Shown here: piece after piece, positions 1 to 10,057 of the stretch
How positions within the stretch are numbered: the first letter of the stretch is position 1
Layout of the letters: each line of letters begins with the position of its first letter
Source of the DNA: Dethiosulfatarculus sandiegensis
GTDB taxonomy: Bacteria > Desulfobacterota > Desulfarculia > Desulfarculales > Desulfarculaceae
Reading direction: 5' to 3'
Assembly (NCBI RefSeq): GCF_000931935.2
Contig: NZ_AZAC01000027.1
Span: 7,194 to 31,193, forward strand
DNA: 24,000 nucleotides
Position numbers and translations under genes: made by a program
The notes under the pieces: generated by a model
What the model was told of the DNA's origin: nothing
Database searches by the model: none
What the model saw: the letters and a program-made list of their open reading frames with translations, nothing else

Positions 1-691
1 TAAAAACGACAAAGTCATTGGCAGCCCGGCAATTGATATTTCTAGAATATATTCCATTAAAAAATTGGAGGCCATGTACATTCAAAGTCACCATGTTGAG
101 GAATTCAAGCAATTCATCCATGCTATATTGTTGCGGTAATCTCCGTTGGTTCCAGTTGCCTTGTAACAGAGTCACCTGGGTTCCGATCCCGGCGTCCCGC
201 AATATCTGCATGTTGTTTTTAATGGTTGTTATTTCCTCCGGGGCTCCTACGTATTTTACAAAATTGGGGATGCCTTTCTGTTTTAACAGGGCAACCCGCT
301 GCATAATATAATCCAGTTTGATGCCGGTTAAAAAGTGATGGCTTATATTTACGAACCCCAAATGGTCGGGATTCCAGGTATTCAGCATCTTCTCCAGCTT
401 GGCCATGGGTATGCAAATATTGGTATCCAGCGAAAAAATATGACCATATCTCCCGCCATAGCTGATCACGTCTTCTAAACCGGGATGCACCAGAGGTTCT
501 CCACCGCTTAAATAGAAATGAGTGGGCGGAATTTGTTCCAGCAGTGAATAGAGGTTCTTATCCTGATATAGATTGTCGCCTATTTGATCTGTCCGGTTGG
601 TTCTCTGCGTACAATAGGGACAGCTGAGATTGCAATAAACTGATCCAAATAAATGCATCCACGGCATTTGGGCTATTTTTCTGAATTTCAT
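1..691 (-). CDS. Radical SAM domain protein (C-terminus beyond the left window edge)
   Basis: Manual translation of the minus strand from ATG at 691: MKFRKIAQMPWMHLFGSVYCNLSCPYCTQRTNRTDQIGDNLYQDKNLYSLLEQIPPTHFYLSGGEPLVHPGLEDV..., open to position 1. Has the CX3CX2C motif (CNLSCPYC) and a GGEP motif (SGGEPLVHPG). Not in the supplied ORF track. Confidence 0.88.
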   Translation of the reverse strand, partial: MKFRKIAQMPWMHLFGSVYCNLSCPYCTQRTNRTDQIGDNLYQDKNLYSLLEQIPPTHFYLSGGEPLVHPGLEDVISYGGRYGHIFSLDTNICIPMAKLEKMLNTWNPDHLGFVNISHHFLTGIKLDYIMQRVALLKQKGIPNFVKYVGAPEEITTIKNNMQILRDAGIGTQVTLLQGNWNQRRLPQQYSMDELLEFLNMVTLNVHGLQFFNGIYSRNINCRAANDFVVF

Positions 692-747
692 TTCGGACCA
701 CTCCTTTAATATTCATAAAACGCGGTAACAACAAAAAACACGGGCTA

Positions 748-1572
748 TCAGATGGAGTTCCGAACAGCCTCAACACACAAATGCCATCCCAGACGCTCTT
801 CCAAGCACCTGAATACACCATCCGGCAGGAGCCTGAAATACCAAACCTTTTTATACTCACCGCGTTTATATTCCGGGATCGAATATGGGAATATATGCTC
901 TACTTTGGCCTCTTTAATGTTGAAACCGTTCAGTAGGGTTTTTATGGTGGTTTTTGAATAGGAATAGGTGACAGGGCAGCCGGTTTGTGCTTCGGAATAC
1001 CTGGCTATGAGTTCATCTAATTTCCAATACTCACCCTTGCCGTATTTAATCAAAATCCAAAGGACCTTCCAAGAAAGCCGGTTATAAACCATGATTTTGA
1101 AAGTGCCATTTTCGCTTAAATATTTTTTAATCTGCCGGATAACATTTTCCGGGTGTGGGGTGTGATGAATTACCCCGAACGAGTAGACCAGGTCGTACTC
1201 CTCCACTGGGACAACATTGCTGAGCTGTTCTGCATCGGCCTGATAAAATTTTATATCCAGGCCCAAAACTTCGGCGCGTTTTCTGGCGAGAGACAGGGAT
1301 TCTTCTGATAAATCGACCGCCGTAACCTTGGCCCCGGCCCGGGCGAAGTTCATAGTGTCTGTGCCTATGCCGCAGCCGATCTCCAGCACCTTTTTGCCTT
1401 TCCAGCGCTTAAACTCGGCGAATTCGGGGATGTGAGGCTCGACAAAATATTTTTTAGCCTCCACTTCATTGAAATATTTCAAAGTGCCCACCGGGCTGGG
1501 GGAGTGCCGGATATTACAGGGGCGCGCGTTCCAATAGGTTTTGACCTGTTCCAAAGTTACTTCATTGAACAT
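748..1572 (-). CDS. Class I SAM-dependent methyltransferase
   Basis: 274-aa ORF with motif I VLEIGCGIGTDTMNFARAGAKVTAVDLSEESL and post-motifs (YDLVYSFGVIHHTPHPE). Overlaps the upstream ORF by 16 nt. Confidence 0.9.
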   Translation of the reverse strand: MFNEVTLEQVKTYWNARPCNIRHSPSPVGTLKYFNEVEAKKYFVEPHIPEFAEFKRWKGKKVLEIGCGIGTDTMNFARAGAKVTAVDLSEESLSLARKRAEVLGLDIKFYQADAEQLSNVVPVEEYDLVYSFGVIHHTPHPENVIRQIKKYLSENGTFKIMVYNRLSWKVLWILIKYGKGEYWKLDELIARYSEAQTGCPVTYSYSKTTIKTLLNGFNIKEAKVEHIFPYSIPEYKRGEYKKVWYFRLLPDGVFRCLEERLGWHLCVEAVRNSI

Positions 1573-2975
1573 GGCGACTCTCCATTTTTATCCTGGCTGC
1601 AATCGGCGGCAGGTCCTATTCCCCACGCCTGGTAGCTGAATCCCCTTGGGGGCGAACTGCGCATAGCCCGCCAGCAATCCAACAATAAAGGCCTCTCCCG
1701 GCTTAAGTCCGCAGCCCGCTCCCAATCAAGTTTGGTGAATTCCGGCCAGTTGGTGGCCAAGATGACAGCCGAGGCCTTTTTAAAGCAATCCATGGGATCA
1801 GGGCAGAAGTCCATGCCGGGTGTCAAGACTTTGGCGGCTTCATCAAGAGCCATGGGATCATGGACCGCGACATCATAGCCCAGTTCACTAAGTCTATTCG
1901 CAATATCAATAGATTGTGACCTTTCAACTATCTGGGTCTGCGGTTTGTATGAAAGGCCCAGTATGGCCACACGCTCACCCGGTGCTACTTTTTGTTTGAT
2001 AATGTCGCTCAGCTCGTCAACCACGGAATTATTCGCCGCGACCACGCTGGTGCTGATGCTCAGTTTTTTTTGGAATTCATTGGCTGATTTTTGAAAGGCC
2101 AGATTATCACGAGGAAAACAAGGCCCCCCGAAGCCCAAGCCACCGGAAATGTATTTATTTCCTATCCTGGTGTCGGCTCCCAAGGCATCCGTGATGGTGT
2201 CAATGTCCGCTCCCGGTATGGCCGAACACAAGGCGGACAGCTCGTTGGCAAACGATATTTTCATGGTGACAAAGCAATTGAGGCTCAACTTGCTAATCTC
2301 TGCGTTTATAAGCGACATACAGGCGATTTTGGGGTTGGAGCGGCAAGTGCGTTCATATACCTGGGAAACCATGTGTCCGCTGACCTGGTCTGAGCAGCCG
2401 ATAAGCACCAAATCCGGGTTGAGGAAGTTTTGGATAACCGAACCAAGAGCAATGAACTCCGGATTGTAGGCCAAACCAAAACCCTGTCCGCATTTTTTGC
2501 CGGACAGATTTTCGAGAAGAGGCAGAAAGCTGCTTTCGCTGGATCCCGGCATGACAGTGGAAATTACATCCACTACCTTGTAATCATAGTTTTGTTTAAG
2601 AGCCGGTCCGATTTCGGCAAGCACCTTTTCAATAAATGAGTTGTCAAAACGGCCATCAGGTCCGCTGGGTGTTGGTACGATTATGAAAATGACCTGTGCA
2701 TTGTTAACGGCTTGTTCTGTGCTGGCAGCCAGGCGTAAATTGGGCCAGGCCTCAGGCATCAGCTTTTCTAAGTCTGTTTCCCGAATCGGCAAACGTCTTG
2801 AAGCAAGCTCCTGCATCACTTCCGCATTGGCGTCGTAGCCCCAGACTTCAAATCCGGCCCCGGCAAAGCAGGCCGCTGTGCACAGCCCCAATTTGCCCAA
2901 ACCAATAACCGACACCCTTTGAATTGTTGGGAAATCCGATTGATTTTCTGACATTATCTTAAGTCCTCTGAACAC
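1557..2975 (-). CDS. UDP-glucose/GDP-mannose dehydrogenase family protein (nucleotide-sugar dehydrogenase)
   Basis: 472-aa ORF; N-terminal Rossmann VIGLGKLGLCTAACFAGAGFEVWGYD, catalytic Cys motif GGLGFGGPCFPRDNLAF, C-terminal domain VAILGLSYKPQTQIVERSQSIDIANRL. The true start may be the internal ATG at 2954 (MSENQSDF). Confidence 0.92.
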   Translation of the reverse strand: MFRGLKIMSENQSDFPTIQRVSVIGLGKLGLCTAACFAGAGFEVWGYDANAEVMQELASRRLPIRETDLEKLMPEAWPNLRLAASTEQAVNNAQVIFIIVPTPSGPDGRFDNSFIEKVLAEIGPALKQNYDYKVVDVISTVMPGSSESSFLPLLENLSGKKCGQGFGLAYNPEFIALGSVIQNFLNPDLVLIGCSDQVSGHMVSQVYERTCRSNPKIACMSLINAEISKLSLNCFVTMKISFANELSALCSAIPGADIDTITDALGADTRIGNKYISGGLGFGGPCFPRDNLAFQKSANEFQKKLSISTSVVAANNSVVDELSDIIKQKVAPGERVAILGLSYKPQTQIVERSQSIDIANRLSELGYDVAVHDPMALDEAAKVLTPGMDFCPDPMDCFKKASAVILATNWPEFTKLDWERAADLSRERPLLLDCWRAMRSSPPRGFSYQAWGIGPAADCSQDKNGESPCSMK

Positions 2976-3474
2976 CGGTTAATCAACATGAAGCACGAGC
3001 CGTTTTTTGTCTTTTTTATGGAGCCGGTTGGCACAAGAGTTTAATGAGCGTATGTATTGCCCTTTTGTATTCCATAAAGACCCTTTGGGTTTACTATCCA
3101 AAATCCCCCATCTTTCATCGATGCTTAGGCCGGATGGGTTTATATGAAAAACTACATTGGCCGACCTTCTGTTCATTGCTGGCACATGTTAAATATTTAT
3201 GGTGCTTATTACTCATGGGAAGTTTAGAAGTATTAACGGAAACTTCCGGCTAAGTAGATAACTTTTTAAATATATCCAATGCCTTAAGATGATTGGATGA
3301 AGCCTTGTTGTTTGGTGGGCAGTTTTCGCTCTCTCCTGTTTAACGCCAACAGCCAATCTCTTATAATGTGTTTCATGAATAATGGTGTTCTTTTTTATAA
3401 GGAGCCTTTTGTTCCACTCCTGTTGCAGCCATGCTTTTTTCAGGTTTTAAATCAGATATAACCATTTGATTTGA

Positions 3475-4716
3475 CTATATGAACTTGTAAGTCATCGCAT
3501 CATTTAAAATGACCTGCTCATAAATTTCGTTATGGGGCTGATAAGTGCAGCGGGGGCATTCGCTGGCCACATCGATTTGGTCATGGATCGCCCAGTGATT
3601 AGAGCTGCCCCACCATTTTTTGATCTTTTCAAAATCATCTTCGTTTTTAATCAGCTCCAGTTTTTCCGACCCCCGCCTGTCGCAACAAAGGCCCATGGTA
3701 AAGGCATCGTCAGCCTTGCAATCATCACTGGGCGGCATGAAAACCGCTGTCATAAAAATTGCGTAGCAATTGGAAAAATAGTTCGCGATAGAGAACTGGG
3801 AGTTGAACTTGTGAGTGATGCCGTAAACGCCAAAAGTATCGTCATCCAACTCCTGGGCCATGGCGACCTGTTCTTTAAAGTGCTCAATATCCTGTTTGCT
3901 GAAATTGATCTCATCGGCGGTGCCGATTTTATCCCAGGTTGTGCCGGCAGGCCTGAAATGTATGTTGCGGCAGCCTATATCTTTAGCCAGTTTTGCGGCC
4001 TGGTATATCTCACCGATATTTTTTTTGTTATATAAAAGGTACTTATAACTTACCCCATAGGCGGGGTGGGGCTTGCCCAAGGTAGTGAAGTGACGCTTGG
4101 AATAGTCGACCAGCACCGAAATATTATGGATTATTTTTTCGAAAGCCCCGGAATTCTTTGGCAGGCCCTTAAGGGTGCTGAAAGTGCCTGGTGATCCGGC
4201 ATCCACCGAAACTCCCACCCAGGTGCATTGAGAAAGGCTGTCAATTGCCGAGCTGATGTTTAAGCCGTTTGTGACTATGCCAACCTGGATATCGTTTGCC
4301 ACCAGGCGGTCAATGAACTGTGGTGTGCCCGGGTTAAGAAGAGGCTCGCCGCCGCCGGCAATACAGACAGCCTCTACTCCATAACCGTTTGGGTCATTTC
4401 TATGACGCCAACCGCCCAGAAAGTCTGCCAGGTTGTTCATGGCTTGCGCTGATAACGAATTGTGCCTGATCTTGCGGATATATTCCGCGTTGCACCACAC
4501 ACATTTCAGGTTGCAGACATTAGTGGGATCGACAGTAACCAGCACAGGAGGTGGAACTTCGCGATTTCGCTTGATTTCCGCCCACCTTGTAACATGACTC
4601 AACAACTTGTGGCTGTTAAATGGATTCCAGCGTTTTGCCGGGGTCCATTCCAGTTGCTTGGAGGGAGTCTTTTCTTTAGCTTTTTTGGGCTCTGCCAAAG
4701 TCAGGGCGGCTTCCAT
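3475..4716 (-). CDS. Radical SAM protein, possibly with a SPASM-like C-terminus
   Basis: 413-aa ORF; TVDPTNVCNLKCVWCNAEYIRK (CX3CX2C), IAGGGEPLLNPG, extra C-terminal cysteines (DDCKADDAFTMGLCCDRRG; ECPRCTYQP). Confidence 0.9.
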   Translation of the reverse strand: MEAALTLAEPKKAKEKTPSKQLEWTPAKRWNPFNSHKLLSHVTRWAEIKRNREVPPPVLVTVDPTNVCNLKCVWCNAEYIRKIRHNSLSAQAMNNLADFLGGWRHRNDPNGYGVEAVCIAGGGEPLLNPGTPQFIDRLVANDIQVGIVTNGLNISSAIDSLSQCTWVGVSVDAGSPGTFSTLKGLPKNSGAFEKIIHNISVLVDYSKRHFTTLGKPHPAYGVSYKYLLYNKKNIGEIYQAAKLAKDIGCRNIHFRPAGTTWDKIGTADEINFSKQDIEHFKEQVAMAQELDDDTFGVYGITHKFNSQFSIANYFSNCYAIFMTAVFMPPSDDCKADDAFTMGLCCDRRGSEKLELIKNEDDFEKIKKWWGSSNHWAIHDQIDVASECPRCTYQPHNEIYEQVILNDAMTYKFI

Positions 4717-5436
4717 CGGGCTTCTCCTCTTATCTTTAGGTCCCGCCTGTTGGGTGTAATCCGGGTTTATCTGGCGTATTTTAAAGCAACTTGCATGCCA
4801 ATAAGATGAAGTTGATGGCTTGTTATTTGTATGATCCTTTAGGGGATGTATTAGGGGGACAAGGCCACAATCAATACTTGTAAGGTTAAGCAGCTTAGAT
4901 TACGCACTAATTAAGATGGTGAATTAAAAACTGAGTGAGCATGAACCGGTGCTCGCTTCTAAAATAGACGGAACAAGCAAAACATGCAGAATTGTTTAAA
5001 GGGGAATTTTTTTCCGGAGCTCATATCGAATTGTTTGGGAAGTGTCAAAGATTGTACTATCCTTGGTGAATGACTCGTGAATACCGGATCTGCCACGCAT
5101 GCTGAATATTGTTCGAATCATTGAGTTTGTTTTGGGTCTGCCATCTTGCCCCAAATTTTGATAACTCGATAAAAGGATTGGGTTTAATTACGGTTTTTTA
5201 TCTTAATATTCATCCCCGGTTTTTGTGGGGTCAGCCGCTGGCCGGAGAGGATTTAGTCAATTGTCAGGCGCAGTAAAGATTCCCCAAAAGCATCTGGGCT
5301 GAGAACAAACCTTTAAGGCCGGATTGTTCAATTCAGACCGGCGCGCCTTTGCTCTGGCCGATTTGTGAGGCGGTGATATCCCGATGTGTCCGGGCCCGAA
5401 TAACGGGTCGGTATCTTTTAGGGCATCCTCCCATGG

Positions 5437-6612
5437 TCAGGGGCTGGCGGGGCCTTGGCGCTTGGCATTTTGGGGGGGCCACTCCCGGGAGTCCGGCATT
5501 GGTGGTTTTTGCTCGGGGTCTGCGAATCGGTTGGCGATGGCTTGGAACTCATTCTGAACGGCCAGAAAGGCCTCCACCAGAACAGGGTCAAAGTGGGACC
5601 CGATTTGTTGGGTGATGATATCCGCTGCCTGGTCGTGAGTGCTCGGCTGCTTGTAGGCCCGTTTGGAGATCAAGGCGTCGTATACGTCTGCCAAGGCCAT
5701 GATGCGACCGGATAGGGGGATCTCCTCACCGGCCAGTCCCCGGGGGTAACCGCTTCCGTCCCATCTTTCGTGATGGGTATGGGCGATGTCTTTGGCATGC
5801 ACTAAAAATGAGGGGATGTTCTTGTCCAGAAACAGTTTTTCGCTGTTCTCCAGGGTTCGGCGCCCCAGTTCGCAGTGGCCTTGCATGATCGCGAATTCCC
5901 GCTGGGTCAGCGGGCCCGGCTTGAACAGTATGGCGTCCGGCACGCCCACCTTGCCGATGTCGTGCAAAGGGGCTGATTTGAAAAAGAGTCGGATCATATC
6001 CAGGTCCAGCTGGCCGGTGTAAGGCGAATTGCTTAAGAGCCGCTTGGCCAGGGTGTCCACATAGAACTGAGTGCGCAGAATATGCCCGCCGGTCTCGTCG
6101 TCCCTGGTCTCGCACAGTGTGGTCAGGCTGTGGATGATCACATCCTGGGTGAGCAAGAGCTCCCGGGTCCGCTCCTGCACTTTTTCCTCCAGGATCTCGT
6201 TTTGTTGCTTTTGTTCGCGGCTGGCCAGCACCAGGGATAGGTGAGTCTTGAGGCGGGCCTGCACCTCCAACACTTCAAAGGGTTTGGTGATATAGTCCAC
6301 CGCCCCGAGTTTAAACCCCCTGGTTTTGTCCCCGACCTCACTCATGGCGGTCAGGAATATAACCGGAATTCCGGCTGTGGTCGCTTCAGCTTTGAGCCGT
6401 CGGCAGACCTCGTAGCCATCCAGCCCGGGCATGAGAATGTCCAAAAGGATCAAATCCGGTGGTGATTCATAAATCGCCTCCAGGGCTGCATGCCCGTCCA
6501 TGGCCACCGAGACATCATAATCATCGCCCAGCGCATCCACCATTATGTCCACATTGGCCTCGCTGTCATCCACAACCAGCACTTTACAACCCCTTAGATC
6601 CTTGATTGGCAT
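5437..6612 (-). CDS. Response regulator with REC and HD-GYP domains (predicted c-di-GMP phosphodiesterase)
   Basis: REC: VLVVDDSEANVDIMVDALG...DLILLDILMPGLDGYEVCRRLK...KPF. HD-GYP: APLHDIGKVGVPDAILFKPGPLT...HHERWDGSGYPRGLAGEEIPLSGRIMALADVYDAL. Confidence 0.95.
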   Translation of the reverse strand: MPIKDLRGCKVLVVDDSEANVDIMVDALGDDYDVSVAMDGHAALEAIYESPPDLILLDILMPGLDGYEVCRRLKAEATTAGIPVIFLTAMSEVGDKTRGFKLGAVDYITKPFEVLEVQARLKTHLSLVLASREQKQQNEILEEKVQERTRELLLTQDVIIHSLTTLCETRDDETGGHILRTQFYVDTLAKRLLSNSPYTGQLDLDMIRLFFKSAPLHDIGKVGVPDAILFKPGPLTQREFAIMQGHCELGRRTLENSEKLFLDKNIPSFLVHAKDIAHTHHERWDGSGYPRGLAGEEIPLSGRIMALADVYDALISKRAYKQPSTHDQAADIITQQIGSHFDPVLVEAFLAVQNEFQAIANRFADPEQKPPMPDSREWPPQNAKRQGPASP

Positions 6613-6616
6613 ATTG

Positions 6617-9460
6617 TTATTCCTTCAATTTTTCCAGAAGCGCTTCGGCCAGGGGCAGGGCCTTTTTGAACTTGTATTTACCTATGAACTTGCCCAGGTC
6701 GGAGAACTCAACACAGTGCTCCGGCGACCATCCCATTTCCTTGAGTCGGTCGAAACTCTCCTTGCAGGGTTTGGGTTTTTTGGCCCGCAGATGGGGCAGC
6801 ATCTCCTCCAGGGCGGTGGCCAATTCCGCAGGCGATGCCGCCGCCTCGTCGGTTGCCGGTGCGGCCTGCGCGGCCTCGTTCGCTCCCAATGGACCCAGCG
6901 CTTGCACCAGGGCCTCCAACTCGGTGCCGAAGGTCTTCAGCAAAGAGGGCAGAGTGGCCTTTTGTCCCTCTTTCACCGCCGATTCAATTGTCGCGGCCAC
7001 ACATTGCAACTGCTTCGCGCCCACGTTTCCTGCCACACCCTTGATGCTGTGAGCCAAGCGTTCGGCCTCGGCCATCTTTCCCCTCTCAACCATGCAGGCG
7101 ATCTCTCCCCTGGCTCCGGCGTATTCCTCACGAAATTTAACCAGGAGCTTGCGGTAGAGTTTTTCGTTTCCGCATACACGGTTAAGCCCTTCTTTCATAT
7201 CCACGCCTGCAATGGCCTCGGGCAGGCCGGCTTCCGTCTCCTCCTGCGGGGTAGTGTCCCGGGTTGCCTGGGCCGCTCCGGGCGTAAAACCGCGCACCCC
7301 GGGTTTTATCCATCTCACCAGGGTGGAAAAAAGCTGCCCCACGTCGATGGGCTTGGCCACGTGGTCGTTCATACCGGCCTCCAGCGCTTTTTCGCGGTCG
7401 CCTGCCATTGCGTTGGCGGTCATGGCGATTATGGGCAGATCCGTGAATTGTTCATCCGCCCTTATGGCCCTGCTGGCGGTGTAGCCGTCCATCACCGGCA
7501 TCTGAACGTCCATTAAAACCGCATGGTAGTCACTGGTCTTTATCGCCTCCAGTCCTTCCTGGCCGTTGTTGGCGATATCCACCCGCACTCCGGCCCCCTC
7601 CAGTATCTCCCTGGCCACCTGCTGGTTGATTTCATTGTCCTCCACTAAAAGCAGGTTGGCTCCGCGGATAGGATCAATTAATTCGGCGATTTTTTCTTTC
7701 CCGGTGGAGCGGCGGCGTCTGGTCACAGTCTTTCCAAAGGCATTCATAATGGCGTCGAAGAGAGACGAGGGGCTAACCGGTTTGATCAACAACCCGTCCA
7801 GCCCGTTTTTTTCCATGGCTCTTGCCGCCTCCTCATGGTCATAAGCCGTAACTAATATGATCTTGGGCGGATTTTCAGGGTCTGCGGCTCTATACAGCAT
7901 CTCAGCCGTTTGAATTCCGTCCTTACCGGGCATCTTCCAGTCCAGAAGGATCAAATCAAAGGGGTGGTCGGTCAGGGCGGCTTTAAAGACCTCCAGGGCC
8001 TTGTCACCACTGGGGGCGTCTTCTACGTCCAAGGAAAACTCAGCCAGCATTTCTTCGAAAATCTTACGGGCGGTTTTGTTGTCATCCACCACCAGGGCCC
8101 GCATGCCGGTTAAATCCTGGGACAGCTTAAGGGGCTTTTCTTCCTTTTGTTCGCTTAAATTGAACTGGGCCGTAAATATAAAAGAGCTGCCGATCCCGAC
8201 CTCGCTCTCCACCCAAATTTCGCCGTTCATCATCTCCACCAGCCTTTTGCTGATGGTCAGCCCCAGGCCGGTGCCGCCGTATTTGCGAGTGGTCGAGCTG
8301 TCGGCTTGGGTGAACGCCTTGAACAGCTTTGCGCTTTGCTCGGGAGTCATGCCTATTCCAGAATCACGCACCGTAAACTTCAGGTCCGCCTTTCCCGTTT
8401 TTTGTTTTACTAAGTCGGTGGATACAACAATTTCCCCACGTTCGGTGAATTTCACTGCATTGTTGCCCAGGTTCACCAGTATTTGGCTGAGGCGCAAGGG
8501 ATCTCCCACCAGGTAATGCGGCACGTCGGCGCCCCAGTGAAAAAGGACTTCCAGGTCATCTTTTTCCTGGGCTTTCACTGTGATCATATTCGCCACGTTT
8601 TCCAGGGTCTCGTTCAGGTCGAAATCCACCTGTTCCATATCCATTTTGCCGGCTTCGATCTTGGAGAAATCTAAAATGTCGTTGATCAGGCCCAACAGCG
8701 ATTTGGCGGAAACATCTATTTTTCGTAGGTAATCAATTTGCTTAGGGGTTAGATCTGTCTTGAGTGCCAGATGGGCCATTCCGATTATGGCGTTCATGGG
8801 TGTTCTGATTTCATGGCTCATATTGGCCAGGAAATCGCCTTTTGCCTTGGTGGCAGTCTGGGCGTCCCGCTTGGCCTTTTCCAGGTCTTCCAATAGATTC
8901 AACATGGCCCGCCGGGAACTGGCCAGTTCCTTTACCTGGATCTCGAGAGCCTCGCTGTTTCTTTCCGCCTCTTCCTTGGCAAGGCGGATTTCTTCTGCGG
9001 AAACCTCCAGTTCCTCGGTCTGCCTTTGCAGATCACGGAGCATTTCTTCCCTGGAGGGCTGGGCGAGCATTTTTTTCTGCTCTGTCAGGAAATTCGGTTC
9101 AAAATCCATTTGATCGTGACTAAATGATTTGAAAGCCCAGACAGTGGTGTCCCCATGCTCCGTATGCACCGTCTGTAATGAATCAAAGAAACGGCCGACC
9201 GTAAACGGCGGCTCGACCATGTAGCCATATTGAAAACCAAGCCCCAAGCCTGACAGCCCTTGGCTGTCGTTGAGGCTCACGTTGACTTCCACCTTTTGGT
9301 TTTGCTTGCTTCCGGCCCGGGCCATTTCGGAAAAAATGCTGGCCAGTCTGGTTGATTGCAGTGCTCCATATCCGATCGCTTCTGCCAAACGCAGAATTTT
9401 ACCCCTGGCATCTTTTAAGGATTCCGCAGTGGAAATATGCAAAAGACCAAGCTCGGTCAT
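6617..9460 (-). CDS. Hybrid sensor histidine kinase: N-terminal degenerate RsbT-like region, coiled coil, HisKA-HATPase, two REC domains, HPt
   Basis: 947 aa; His[24 protein letters not shown]-box [16 protein letters not shown]-boxes RDSGIGM and [18 protein letters not shown]1 [18 protein letters not shown]...[17 protein letters not shown]2 [18 protein letters not shown]...[13 protein letters not shown], HPt [17 protein letters not shown]. Confidence 0.95.
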   Translation of the reverse strand: MTELGLLHISTAESLKDARGKILRLAEAIGYGALQSTRLASIFSEMARAGSKQNQKVEVNVSLNDSQGLSGLGLGFQYGYMVEPPFTVGRFFDSLQTVHTEHGDTTVWAFKSFSHDQMDFEPNFLTEQKKMLAQPSREEMLRDLQRQTEELEVSAEEIRLAKEEAERNSEALEIQVKELASSRRAMLNLLEDLEKAKRDAQTATKAKGDFLANMSHEIRTPMNAIIGMAHLALKTDLTPKQIDYLRKIDVSAKSLLGLINDILDFSKIEAGKMDMEQVDFDLNETLENVANMITVKAQEKDDLEVLFHWGADVPHYLVGDPLRLSQILVNLGNNAVKFTERGEIVVSTDLVKQKTGKADLKFTVRDSGIGMTPEQSAKLFKAFTQADSSTTRKYGGTGLGLTISKRLVEMMNGEIWVESEVGIGSSFIFTAQFNLSEQKEEKPLKLSQDLTGMRALVVDDNKTARKIFEEMLAEFSLDVEDAPSGDKALEVFKAALTDHPFDLILLDWKMPGKDGIQTAEMLYRAADPENPPKIILVTAYDHEEAARAMEKNGLDGLLIKPVSPSSLFDAIMNAFGKTVTRRRRSTGKEKIAELIDPIRGANLLLVEDNEINQQVAREILEGAGVRVDIANNGQEGLEAIKTSDYHAVLMDVQMPVMDGYTASRAIRADEQFTDLPIIAMTANAMAGDREKALEAGMNDHVAKPIDVGQLFSTLVRWIKPGVRGFTPGAAQATRDTTPQEETEAGLPEAIAGVDMKEGLNRVCGNEKLYRKLLVKFREEYAGARGEIACMVERGKMAEAERLAHSIKGVAGNVGAKQLQCVAATIESAVKEGQKATLPSLLKTFGTELEALVQALGPLGANEAAQAAPATDEAAASPAELATALEEMLPHLRAKKPKPCKESFDRLKEMGWSPEHCVEFSDLGKFIGKYKFKKALPLAEALLEKLKE

Positions 9461-9463
9461 TTT

Positions 9464-10057
9464 TTAGTTCCTCAAAACAAGGCAACAGGCGTCATCAGTG
9501 CCCTTGCCCAAGTGATGGATTATTTTTTTTGCGATGTCGCCTGCCGAGCCCGTCAAAAGGCCCGGATAATCCAGAAGATCAAAGTTTTCGCGCACACCGT
9601 CCGAAGTCAGCACCAGGGTGTCTCCCACGTGGAAATCCACCTTGAGCTCCTTTGGAGTTGGCGATCTAAAACCCAAGATGCCTCCCCTGGGCACGAATTT
9701 GTAAGCGCCGCCGCCGTATATGCGGGTGTTGATATTGCCCACACCCACATAGGAAAGTTGGCGGTTTTGCAGATTAACCCGACACATGGCGGCAACCGCT
9801 CCCCTGGTGCCCTTGAGGTGTTTGTGCAGCCTCCAGGTGAGGTCCACCAGGTTACTCTTGTAGTTCTCAGCCAGAAACTCTTCGGCCATTAAGGCCACCT
9901 GGTGGGCTTTATTCCCATGCCCCAAGACGTCGATCAGGGCCACAAAGGCCGTTTTGCCTCCTAACTTGATCACTCCTGTGTCTCCACAAGCGTCATCCGG
10001 CCCTTCCAAAGAGTATTTTTCCAGGTGAGCATCCAGTTGGGGCATCAGTTCCTCCAT
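9464..10057 (-). CDS. rsbX: RsbX-like PP2C/SpoIIE-type serine phosphatase
   Basis: 197 aa; metal-binding motif context AFVALIDVLGHGNKAHQVA, LVLTSDGVRENFD, C-terminal TDDACCLVLRN. Sits directly after the RsbT-like gene with a 13-nt overlap. Confidence 0.88.
   Translation of the reverse strand: MEELMPQLDAHLEKYSLEGPDDACGDTGVIKLGGKTAFVALIDVLGHGNKAHQVALMAEEFLAENYKSNLVDLTWRLHKHLKGTRGAVAAMCRVNLQNRQLSYVGVGNINTRIYGGGAYKFVPRGGILGFRSPTPKELKVDFHVGDTLVLTSDGVRENFDLLDYPGLLTGSAGDIAKKIIHHLGKGTDDACCLVLRN

Noticed and set aside
2979-3185. 68-aa minus-strand ORF upstream of the dehydrogenase
   Set aside because: Short, no motif or plausible upstream signal seen; treated as intergenic.
3532-4035. 167-aa plus-strand ORF
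   Set aside because: Antisense to the radical SAM gene 3475-4716, no domain evidence.
4717-5436. 720-bp intergenic region, checked for RNA genes or riboswitches
   Set aside because: No tRNA, CRISPR or recognisable riboswitch core seen by eye. Short GC stems such as CCCCGG...GTGGGG near 5216 are too weak to call; an Rfam/Infernal scan would decide.
5726-6115. 129-aa minus-strand ORF
   Set aside because: Out-of-frame overlap inside the HD-GYP gene; residues read as a shifted version of that coding sequence.
6545-7516. 323-aa plus-strand ORF
   Set aside because: Lies antisense within the histidine kinase gene, whose domain motifs are unambiguous. Composition (His/Gly/Leu/Arg-rich, no motifs) fits a shadow ORF in high-GC coding DNA.
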